From: Lingula anatina
Lineage: Eukaryota > Animalia > Brachiopoda
NCBI GenBank assembly: GCA_051362555.1
Contig: CM120640.1
Coordinates: forward strand, 14,694,001 to 14,758,000
Reading direction: 5' to 3'
DNA length: 64,000 nt
Under the pieces are notes generated by a model. The model saw only the letters and a program-made list of their open reading frames with translations. It ran no database searches and was not told the DNA's origin. The translations under genes and the position numbers were made by a program. Positions 50,410 through 61,800 of the stretch are shown one piece after another; position 1 is the first letter of the stretch, and every line of letters starts with the position of its first letter.

Positions 50410-51379
50410 AGTGTCGCTGCTTTCGTCTGACTTTAAACTGCTTAATGACGGTGCTTGCGATAGTTGGGGCTCTTAACGGCATTGATTGTGGTAGTTGGGA
50501 TCCCAGCAAATCACAATGCGCTCTGTGTCTTCCAACAAAAAAATGATTTCAGTGCGGTTAGCGGGTGCAGGGCACCCTGACGCTTAGTACGTACTCTAGA
50601 CAATGTTTTAGTGAATCTTGATTTGAAGAAACAAAACCTTAGTTTATGGAGCCTTATACCACGAATAAGCGTTATTTTTGAAAAAAAAATGGCTGGTGTG
50701 CTTTCACGTTCTTGGATGGAGGGAATATTTTTGTGCCTTGATTTATGCCTGTAGTTAGGTGCTTAAAGTAATGACTGGTCGTGGCATGTGGATGGTTGTT
50801 TTCTACATTATATGCAAATTTATTTAATTTTGTAACTGTGAATTCATATTATTAGATTATAATACTCATGTAAGAAAACTTAGTGTTAAAAAGATATTTT
50901 CCTACAATCTCGCTCTCTCGATCTCCCTTTACTTCTTTTTCTCTCGTTCGAAACTTGCTCTGTAATCGCTATTATTGCATTCAACAATAATGCGATCCTG
51001 TCATTCAAATGTACAATGCTTCATCCGAAGGAATAAATCTAATTTTTGCGATTTGAAAACAATTTTTATTTAAAAAAAGAGCTGCAAAATGTTGAGAAAT
51101 GCAGGTAGTACTAACTCAATAGTTCCAATGGTGGTTGAATATGAATTGCTGTTCAATAGACGTTTGCAGTTAGACAGAACTTTTTGAAAATAATCCTTGG
51201 ACAAAGTCTGCTGACTTTTGTTACTTGCCGCGCCGCAATCCTAAGTGTCACTAACATTTGACATAAATAACTAAACATGGCACTACTGTGCCTTTCTGGG
51301 ATGAAAAATAATCAATGAACTTCGCGTACAAAGAATTAGATCTAAATGTCGTAAGGGTGGCCTGCGTTTGATGAATATT

Positions 51380-52014
51380 CATCAGTTCTGTAAGTTTCAA
51401 GCCAAAAGGTAAAACAGTTTACCACTTATCGTGTTATCGGTGTTGCATAGAGGCTGAAAAAAAAGCCAAGAAAATGGAAAAGGACTATATTGAAAAACAT
51501 ATCTAAACGCGACAATATGCCCATAGCAAGCAATTTTAAAGGGTGGGTGGGGGGATCTTTTTTAACTTTTGAAAAAATAAGCCCATCAAGCCGATTTTCG
51601 ACCTCGGTACAGGTTTACCTTTGACTTCATTTTTGCATCCCCAACCGTGCGGCTATGAATCCCCTCTTTATGTACAGACAATGATAAGGTCACATTGAAA
51701 ATGCCAAAATGTGAAAAACTGCATTGCTTCCAGAAAAAAACGCAATCAGACTGATTTTCCAACTCAAGCTGTCAGTCCTATGAATCTTTTTCAGTAACTT
51801 TGAATGGTCATTATGGCGGCAGTGCTCAAAATAGGGGCTTCTTCAATTTTGATGCAATATTACATAATGTTTAACAGCCTAAAGACCATCAATTTTTAAA
51901 TAAAACAAAAGTATCATGAATATACAGAAAATGTAACTACCAAAGGTCTTCAAGCCTATGGAAGTTCAAAGTAACATCTTGAAAATGCAAGTATGTGGAA
52001 AATTAAAATTTCAC

Positions 52015-52015
<1 letters not shown>
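51380..52015 (-). mobile_element. Second copy (reverse orientation) of the repeat family at 2840-4230
   Basis: AAAAGGTAAAA...CCACTTATCGTGTTATC is the reverse complement of ~2859-2895. TTGAAAATGCCAAAATGT and CTTCAATTTTGATGCAATATTA match the ~330-bp unit. Confidence 0.65.
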
Positions 52016-52045
<30 letters not shown>

Positions 52046-52837
52046 TGTGGTGCTAAAAAACTATTCTGTACAGTAAATGGGCATTTGTCTGTACTGCCAG
52101 TTGTCCTTAGACAAAAAGACTTTATAGTATATACTATCACAACCCAAGAACACAAATACTGTCTAAAATACTATTTAATTCAATCTTCCAAGATCCTGCT
52201 CTCTTACAATCCACCTTCCATGCTATTCCATATGTGCTCTTAGAAATTGAGTTGTTTATAATATAAATGCATCTGTGTAGCACTTTGCCTTTTGGAACAA
52301 AAATTGTTGCTTGATAAAACACTTGTTGAGACTTCTGCCTTTCAAAATATAATGTTGAATGTTTAAACATATAATCGCTCCCATCCTTATTTTTTTTTTC
52401 ATTTATAACCCGGGGATGTTTAGCATATATCAGATTCCTCTGACTGTTCTATCTCAAATCATATCTGCATATATATATGTTATTATATATGTATATGTTA
52501 TGTTCACTTTCTAGGTCTTCCTAGTCTTCCTTCAGCAGTTTGTTGAAATTTCTGTGAATGTTTTAAGTCTGCAAATCTTGCTTTTTCACCACAATGGGCA
52601 CCTTCCCAATAAAACTTTTGCTCTATGTAGATTGATTTAACTCGGTGTGGAATCTCACTGAATGCACCCAGATTAACACGCCTACTCGTTTCCAACATTC
52701 TCGGAGGAGGCTGAATGTTTATCTGTTAAATCTGATTGCATTGAGCAAGAGTACCCCAGAGGTGAATGTATCTACATAGAATGAAAGTTTCACTGGTAAC
52801 TCACCCTATAGGTACTGTAATAACATGTCTTTTAAAT

Positions 52838-55800
52838 TTAGTCGCCATCCTTCTTTTTCTTCTTCTTCTTTTTCTTAGGAGTTTCATCAGTTTCCATAGC
52901 AGCTGAAACATCTGCCTCCCCAGGGCTTTCCACTTCAGCAATAGATCTCTTTTTCTTTTTCTTCTTCTCTTTTGGAGTTTCCTCAGTTTCCATGGCAACC
53001 GACTGATCATTAGTAGCAGTTTCCTCTGTCTGCTTTTTCTTTTTCTTCTTTTTCTCAGACTGAGGCTCCTCAGCAACTGTGCTGTCATCAAGTTCCGTCG
53101 TGGTGTTTCCTGCTTCAGACAGTCGTTTCTTCTCCTTCTTTTCTTTCTTTTTCTTCTTCCTTTCTTTCTTCAGGGCCTTTGCCGAAGCCTCTTTTGCCTA
53201 TGGAAGATGATCATTAAATAGGTTATCACAGAAGCAATGATTTTATGTAGAGAGAAAGCTTTTTGATTACATATAACTGTCAATCAATGTCCCTGTCTAG
53301 AACACAAGTCTGTTTACTGCTGGTAGCTGTAACTTTCCATTCCCATCTGGTGTCTGATGACCAGAAATAACTCTATCATCAGACAGACAGGGGGCACAGC
53401 TTCCCCGTTTACCACCAATAAAGAATTACATGAACATTATATGCCAGACTTGTTAAGCTTGTACAAAAAAGCTTGTACAATTTTGAGTCTTGACCAGGAG
53501 CTTTAATTCTTTGGGAAATAATTTTAGTAAGAAGTAAAGAGGAGAACAAAAGGGAAGTATTATTTCACTATCATAACTGTTACATAGAAATTTAATTAAA
53601 GGCTTTGACAAACTATTCCAACAACAACGTGCAATATAAACAATAGCACTACTTCTTTATTCCGTTTGTTTTTACCACAAGATTAAGTTTACCTCTTCTA
53701 TTGCCACTTTCATGACATCAATGTTCTTCTTGGGTGCATCTCCAGTTTCGTAGAACTTTAGTCTGTCTTCTACCTGCTCTCTTAAGTGATCACCAAACAC
53801 TGATGTTGGAACTTCTGAAAAATAGACAAATAAACACAATTAATTTTCAATGAACAACCACTTTGTATTCTGCCCTTCTCTCTATTTTAAAGGGATAACA
53901 ACTCTTCATTTTGGCCAAAAAATGAATTATCCTGAGGTAAACTACAATTTTCCCATACTTACCAATGGTTAATGAATCCATTTCTACATTCAAAGTTAGT
54001 CCCTGTTTTTTTTCTAAAAAGTTTTTTTGTAATAATCTCTTAAGAGATTATTATAGAGTATAGCCATCTATGGAGGTCACATGGTCCGATGGCAAGCACA
54101 GATTTCAAAAAAATTGCTTTAACTGCCGTTTTTGTGGTAAAACAGAATATAATGTATTTCTATTAATTGTCTACAATGGTTTTACTGTGAAATATAGATC
54201 TCATACAATTTACAAAGTGTTGTTATCCCTTTAAACTATCATACAGATATGAAACTGATAAACCAGCTGCAGGTCTGGACATACCAGACCCTGTGGTGGG
54301 AGTGGCCTCAATTTACAAATGTTAAAACACTGGAGTTTAAATCTGCCACCTACAGACCTGCAGTGATAAAAACCTTGACAATTTTCCCTTGGTTATGAAT
54401 ATTGGATTAATACCCTCTCCAATGTCTTTTATTTGATAAATAATTACCATGAATTTGAAATAATTATGGAATGAAATTAAATGCACATTATAGCAAACTG
54501 AGAATTTAAAGAAAAAAATGTGATTTTGTGTAATAATAAAAAAGTAGAAAGAAATTGCTTGGGGCTGCTTAAAGTCAAAAACTTAAAAAAACAGTGTTTG
54601 AGAACTCAACCTGCCACATACCAGAGAAGCAGTCTAGTCTGGATGCAATAGAGCACTTGTTGGCCAGGTATCTGGAGATCCTGCCTTTGTTCTTGGCCCC
54701 AGCTCGCCCAATGAATGTTGAATGGAATATCAAGCCATATTTAGGTGTGTTGCCTCTTGTTTTCAGGGCTCTGAGAAAAAGTAAAATGCTGGATATGAAA
54801 CGTGAAAATTCCTCAACCTCAAAAGAGTCCAGAGTTGTACGACATGCAAGTCATAAGTGTTTAGCTGACTGTACATCATTCATCAAAAGAAAGATTTATC
54901 TTTCTGGTATTTCAGTGATTCTTATGTGTTAAAGCCATGCTGGACAGATGGTTTTAATTCACAACCAAAAAATTACTGCTGAATTGTTACTTAGATGGTA
55001 ACAAACTGGAAAGACATCTCTTTCTGGTAATGCAATGACTGAAACATAACAAAAAACTACTGACCAGATGGTTTCAATTAAAGGGACAAAAAATAGGATT
55101 AAAAACGCCTTTTTAGTGCATGGATTGCTTCTTTTTTAACTTATCTGAGAACAATTGCTATGGGTAAAGCATAAAATGGCAGGTAAATGGCCTTAATCAA
55201 TATCGAAAAAAATAATCATATTCACCGTCCACTTTCGAACCCCGGGCGTCAGCCATCTTGACACAGTTTGAAATAACGCGGCTTCTCGACTCAGATACGA
55301 GATGTAAACAATGCAGACAGCATGTCGTTTCGAAGGTGAGCGTGGACGTGAAGGAGAAGAGGAATTGCTCACCGAATCTTTGCAGGTAAGCGAGTTATAT
55401 TTACCAAAAGTACTTTAAAATGGGAAGATGGCAGTGGAAATCAAAATGTCTGGCAGAGGAAGTTAAAAAGCGTAGATAACTGCTAATAATTAACGTTTCC
55501 TCGGGTAACGCACTCGCAGCCAAATCACTCGCACTGGGTACGTACAACTAGTTATATGAAGCGAGATAGTGCACTTTACCCCTGAGGTGTATAGTTCTGT
55601 AAAGCAGGAGGAATACCCTTTTCTGCTCAATGTGGTCATCTACCAGTACTTACAGACTAACCTCACACCATATTCTCGCAGGGGAATCCCATGAGATATA
55701 CAATGTAACTCGAGTACTAGTGGGGTTAGAGGGTGTTCTTTGTACGGCACGTAACTACGTTAGCTTATTTGTAAATTTAATAATATTGTCAATGAATATG

Positions 55801-58800
55801 ATTATAAGGAATGATTTTTTAGCCTTTCAGAGGAGGAATTGGGTGATACACCCCTTCAAGCACGAGTGAAGAGATCAGGTATGTTAATAATTTTAGCAGT
55901 ATAACATGGGCGGATCCAGGATTATTTGAAAGGGGGGGGGGGGGGGTCCGCGGATGCAAAGCTGACCCCCCCTAGTTGGCGTGGGGTCCTGGGCCTGCTT
56001 AAAACTATGGTATTTTAGAGGGTGAACAGTGCCATTTGGTACGGTTTAGCACTTTACTGTAGTAAATTAGCTAGTCAAAATTCTAATTCCAAGTGGGGAA
56101 TATTAGTGTGATTTTTTTACATCAGTTCTTTGAAACCATGTGTGATTATGTTATTTCTTCTTGTGGCCTTTATGATTTAATGCAGCTGCAGATATTTAAA
56201 TTTAATTTTTTTTTTTTTTTTTTGCCATAATCAGACTTGCTTCTTTATAATAAGCTGGTTATCATGTAGTGATCATGCCCTCTAATTTGTTGATTTTTGT
56301 TAAAGAATAGTGCTGTTATGATAATATCAATACATTTTTTCTTTATAACCATTTTATGTAATTTTACTATTACAGTGCCTCAAGTTATGTCTGGAAAACT
56401 CATACCAGGAAGCACTCCAATCTTACAATACTGCATCACTTCAATGTCGGTGTGACAAGTTGTGTAAAAGACTGCTACAAAAAATTTGCAGCGATGACCA
56501 CATGATCCACCACCTTTTACCAAAACCGAGTGAACAGTTTTATATTATAATGCCCATGTACATGTATTTAAAGTGACAAGACTGAGATCAGCGAGAGCCT
56601 CAAGGCCTTTATTTTCTGTGCATTGTCAACTCTTCAATAATTTTATAATTTTGTCAAATACATCCAAAGATTCAATTCTAATGCAATACTTGAAAACTTT
56701 TTTAGAATATATTTTAATGTCGAACATGTTTTTCTAAGAACTAGCCCTTTAGTAAATTAACATGTACTATCCAACTGTTATTATTAATTAACATATTGTT
56801 ATGTACAAAGCATAAGCTGCAGTATCAATGAAGCATTAACTGGGTAGAGATTATGAATGAAATAAAAGTTTAAATATTGAAACATCTTTTATTTATATTT
56901 GGCAAAAATACAAGATTAAACAAAGTTTGCTACATAAGTTTGGAATTTGGCCAAATCATCTGTATTATTACCTGTCACATGTAATGAATAAGACATACAC
57001 AGATTCTGTAAGCTAGAATGCATAATTATTTTCATACTCATTAATGCCATCTTCATAAATAAGCCTTCTATTCAAGCATTCACAAACTTTCACATTGTGC
57101 AGTACACATAGTATGATAACATTTTTGAGAGAGACTTATTAATAGCCAGGCTATCATGTTAAGAGTCTGATGTACATGCAGACCCATGAGGATTGCAGAT
57201 CAACAAATTATCCCCCTCTCTGTCAGTGTATTGACTCATGTGAGCCGTCTCCATGCAAAGGGATGTGTCATAAGAAAGGACCAACCCAACTTACACAAAC
57301 ATAAATTGTTTCATCAGTAAGATATTCACACATACTTTTCCAAGATGTGCAGGGAATAAATAGAAAGGTATAAATATTTCTTTAAAAAATACAGGCATAG
57401 CTTCCCTGCATGAATTCTAAATAATGGCTGAGTGGAGAATTGAATACAGGCACAAGTGTTCACTCAAACCATTTTTGTAGGTCTTAAAAGAAATGACATG
57501 CAGTCATTTGCCAAATACAGAATTTTATGCTGTAACAAAGTCACAAAACTGCAACTGGTGATCTTACAAAATCTAACAACACACTGGTTTAAAATCAAGT
57601 TGAAATCACAATATGCCACCAGTACCATATTCCATAATACATTTGATATCATTTAGATTTAAGAAGTAAATGCTGGACCAAAATGGTTTATTCTCAATAT
57701 CAGGCATATGACTTAGGTTTGGGAGGAAAGACCACCTTGATTTCCAATCTGTCTGCATTGTAGCATACATGTAAGTGCTAGATGGTTTGAAGTCAGCAGA
57801 TTATGCTTTGTCACATTGGCAAGATGAGTTCACTGAATATATCCTGTAAGCAGCACTCGAAAGTCAGGAAAAGTCTCTCACTATCCAACTCGTCCCCGCT
57901 TTGGACCCTCAAGAAAAGTTCATCTTTTTTTGGTGGAGAGCCATGGAGTTCCTCTTCCATGTAAAAAACTCTTCTTCAGGACATCATACTGGCAGTTGCT
58001 CATAACCTTTAGGTCTAAAAAAGCAAATCAAAATAATAATAATAATTTATTAAGATTGCAACCCAGTGGGTTGAAGTTGTACATAGTGTTAAGAAAATTA
58101 TAATGAAAATAAAGTGAATATTTGCTTGAATAAAACTGAGTTAAAAGACTGCTAATTGAACTTTAAAATTATTGTACTTAGGATAAAAGACAACATAATA
58201 CTATTGGAAATTTAAAAGTGCATACAGAATAAAAGAGCATCAGAATCTGTCGGTCTTAAATTGTGGCACTTTGTTACTATTGTTTGATCTTAAAAGACGA
58301 TTGGATTGCTCAATAAAGATGTGATTCAGTTTGTCAGAGGATTCAGTTATTTTGTAAAAGAAAGTTTTGCACAGATCTCTTTGTTTATCTAAAGTACACA
58401 TATGCCAGGTTCAGGGTTTCATCAGAGTATAGGTCAGGGAAAATAATCTTCAAAGCACGAGTTTGGTCAGTCTCTTAGAGTTTGCATTGCTCTATAGTTA
58501 GTCCTGGATGCCACACAGGGCAGGCATATTCTAGAATTGAGTGCACAATACTTTGGTAAAGCTTAGCTCGTTTCAGTTGACGGAGGAAATAGAGTCTTGC
58601 ATTATGTTTACATTATGTGTCGCCAATTTGGAAAAAAAATTGATAAAAGAGAAATCATGCACCTATATGCCTAATATATGAGGAGTGAATATCAGCTTAT
58701 TAAAATTCTGCTTACTCTAAAGACATGTTTTAGTCCCATGTTGGATCATCAGGATCCTTTAATTCCCTCTTCTTCAGCATCTTCCTCCTCTTCCATCTGC

Positions 58801-61800
58801 ACTTCTTCCAGTTCAGGCATACCATAGGAAAAAGTTACCTTGATACTGCAACCAAAAAAAAAAAAAAAAAGCAACAGTACATAAAATAAGATAATCGAGT
58901 TTGAGAAAAATTATGTAAAAACATAACTGAAATAAGTATAAAACTCAACTGAAATAAGTATAAATGCCATTTTTCTCAATATGATCACCTTAAATTATCT
59001 AGACTGTCATCTTCAACTGCACTAGTATTAACTACAACTTAATTTTGAAGTTTCTTGATCACTTCATATTGGTTTAATCTCCGAAATACTGGTTGGAAGT
59101 TAAAATTGTATGATCTAAATTATTACTCTGGACTATTTAATACATTAGAGAGATGTACCAAACATAAACATGCAATATCCCCTTTCTGATTTATTTATTT
59201 TTAATGTAAAAAGGAGACAAATTGTCTTTAAAATATAAAATCAAAATACTACTATTTATTTTCACTTATAGTTGACATGCCATTTAACATTGGGTTAAAC
59301 TTAGATACAATAACAGCTTCTGCACATTCATTTTGGGATTTAGATGGCTAAAGTAATAGCATCTTTGTCATATGTCTTAATTACTGTGGTATGCCTAGAT
59401 GTTAGAGGCACAAGAAATGTGCCCTCGGTAAGTCAAAAATTCGCCCTGGTCATTGTAATGTATATGTAATGAGACTAGTATCTCCCACCATGTCCGTTTT
59501 TATTTTAACTTTCTTTGCTCTATAAACTAACCCAAACCCTGTCAGAGTCGACATATGAGCAACACAACTTGCAATTTCTGTCATCGATACCACTCATATT
59601 AGTTACAATTTCATGGCATATTTTGACAGACGAGCCTGACAATCGTTAAGATATACAATATACACACGTAAATAAACATAAATCTCTGTGCTTAATAAAT
59701 ATTTTCACTGGTGTCTTATCTCAAAGATTATTGTAAATGGTACTCACAAATCCAGTAAATACTTCGCGGCCAGGCCATTCTTCGTATCCATGGCCACCCA
59801 AGCAGGTTTTCATCTGCCTTCTTCCTCGCCGGTGTTTATTGTTTGCCTGTCGTACATTTGCTGATACACTGTCTTACGCATGTTTTTTGTAAAGGCTGTT
59901 TCTTTTTTCTTTTTGTTATCTGTCTTCGCTTCTTCGAAGGACTCCCAGCATAACTGAGCCTCCTGTTTCACGTTGTCCTTTCCCGGCAGCTTGAACTGGT
60001 TTTAACTAGGTCGCAATACGAGAATCTCGCGAGATCCGGAAGTCTAGAGAGCTCAATTATGAAAATGGAGGTGGTTGTTGGTAAACCTCCGCTTAAGCGG
60101 AGGTTTTCTTTTTATTGTATTTTCCAAAAATGTTACAGAGCGATGGTGAGTGCCGGGAATGATAGATTAAAGGTTGGTAAATCGCGGAAAAGTAGTGTTA
60201 ACCTCGGGATAAATCAGGATAAATCAATTTTGGCGCGAAAATCCTCTTTTGTGTCCTTTTAACAATTGAAAAAAAAATTGACTGTGAAGTTAACAAATAA
60301 GATGTTACATACCTGAAGAGTGCTTTCTCGGCTCCCAGGATCTGTACAGTGGAGGCAGGGTACTTGGCCAGGCTGGTAAGACTGCCAGCGTGAGAGATGA
60401 GTCGAGCTCCAACCTAGTGGAACAGAAACAGAAACTAAAAGCTTCACCAAAGCAATACTGGGCCCTTTCCCTGTGAGAAATTGCTTTTGGCAAACAACTA
60501 AAAAACTTTGGCCAAAATTTAACTTTTTGAGTAAACAGATATCTACAAAGCTTTTTCATAAGTCAAAGTAAATTGTCAGCAAACAACTAGAGAAGATAAG
60601 TCAATATGTCAACATGAGCCTAAACTTCAAACTTTCTGTTCTGTTAACTTCTTCGACTACTCTTTTCTATCTGTCACGATGTGCTTTACCTGCTCTCCAA
60701 TGAGAGCTGCCAGGTTGGGGGCAACTGCATGCATCTTGCTTTGCAGGTATTCAAACAAACTCTTCCTGTAGTCAGCCAGTGCTATGACACGGTCAGCAAA
60801 TCTCTGAATGTTGATCAGGTCAATAGGGGAGATGTCCATTCCTGAAAGGTAATTACAAATTGTATATGACAAATAAACCAAGCTTTTCCAATTGTTCTAA
60901 TGTAATTCTCTGATATATCTTAAATGCTACCAACCAAGCTATGAATCAATCAATTTAAAATGAATAAACAATGCCCTTGGAGAGTTTCCTAAATGTCCGA
61001 TAACACTCACCCATTGAGGACTTGCTGGCATCTATTATGGCCTTTGCCTTGGCAGCATCCATAACAATCTCCTCTAGGCCCTCAACCATATCTTCTGTGA
61101 ACTCCTTCCTGTTCTTGATGTACTTGGCCACACGGGCAAACATGTAGTTGTCATTCACAATCTTCACCAGCTCTGGGAAATGGTAGGAATACCATTCTCT
61201 GGAAATTATTAATGAATCAAAATTGAAGCAAAGTAAACTGTATGAAGAAACAGAGTGGCCAACTGATGCATGATCGCAGACAAAAAGACTTCATTGCCAT
61301 ATATTTGAAGTCAGTGCATTGTTTATCAATATGTTACCAAATCTTTAATTACCAGAAGCCAGTTCTGGTAAAAAAAACAGCATACTTTGCAAAAAGCAAC
61401 ACACTTTTAAAACAGACATTCATTAAAATATCTTTTCATTCTGCAACTCTCCAACAAAGACTTTTTTTAACATCCAAAAACTAACCTTATTCTCATTGAA
61501 AATGTGTTGATATCTTTGTCCAGCTGATCCAGCAAGCAAATACTCTGTATAATCATGTTGTCCTGTCTGTTCACATTGAACTTCACTTTAGCTCTGGAGT
61601 AGCTATGGCCCAGACCAAGCTGGGCTTTCAGGGAGGAGGTGGCTGTCAGTCCTTTCACCATGTTGTGAAAGTGAACTCTGATGCCTGAACAATAAAACCA
61701 TAATGACAACATAAGGTATTAAGATAAATGAAAGCAAAATGTTCTACTACGACATTACCGGCTTTACTTCCATGGTTAATCATCCATTAATTCATGATCC

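Larger units (their letters stand above)
55082..60258 (-). mobile_element. Decayed Kolobok-like DNA transposon (5.2 kb) in a NOP56 intron
   Basis: TTAA at 55078-55081 and 60259-60262. TIR AGGGACAAAAAATAGGATT vs AAGGACACAAAAGAGGATT (16/19 match). Minus-strand exon-like remnants with stops or frameshifts: ~59998-59749 ([10 protein letters not shown]...YQQMYDRQ...*), ~58848-58717 (acidic, DPDDPTW), ~58014-57810 ([15 protein letters not shown]), ~57260 (IPLHGDGS). Convergent plus-strand exon remnants at 55311-55385 and 55823-55878. Confidence 0.75.

Noticed and set aside
52801-53091. 96-aa Arg/Lys-rich minus-strand ORF
   Set aside because: Alternative frame of the NOP56 K/E-rich last exon.
54810-54890. 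Box C-like ATGATG on the NOP56 sense strand
   Set aside because: Imperfect C box and no CTGA D box or terminal stem at a suitable distance.
58690-58752. TGATGA...CTGA pair on the minus strand resembling a C/D snoRNA
   Set aside because: The TGATGA is part of the codons for DPDDPTW in a transposon exon remnant, the interval spans a splice donor, and there is no terminal stem.
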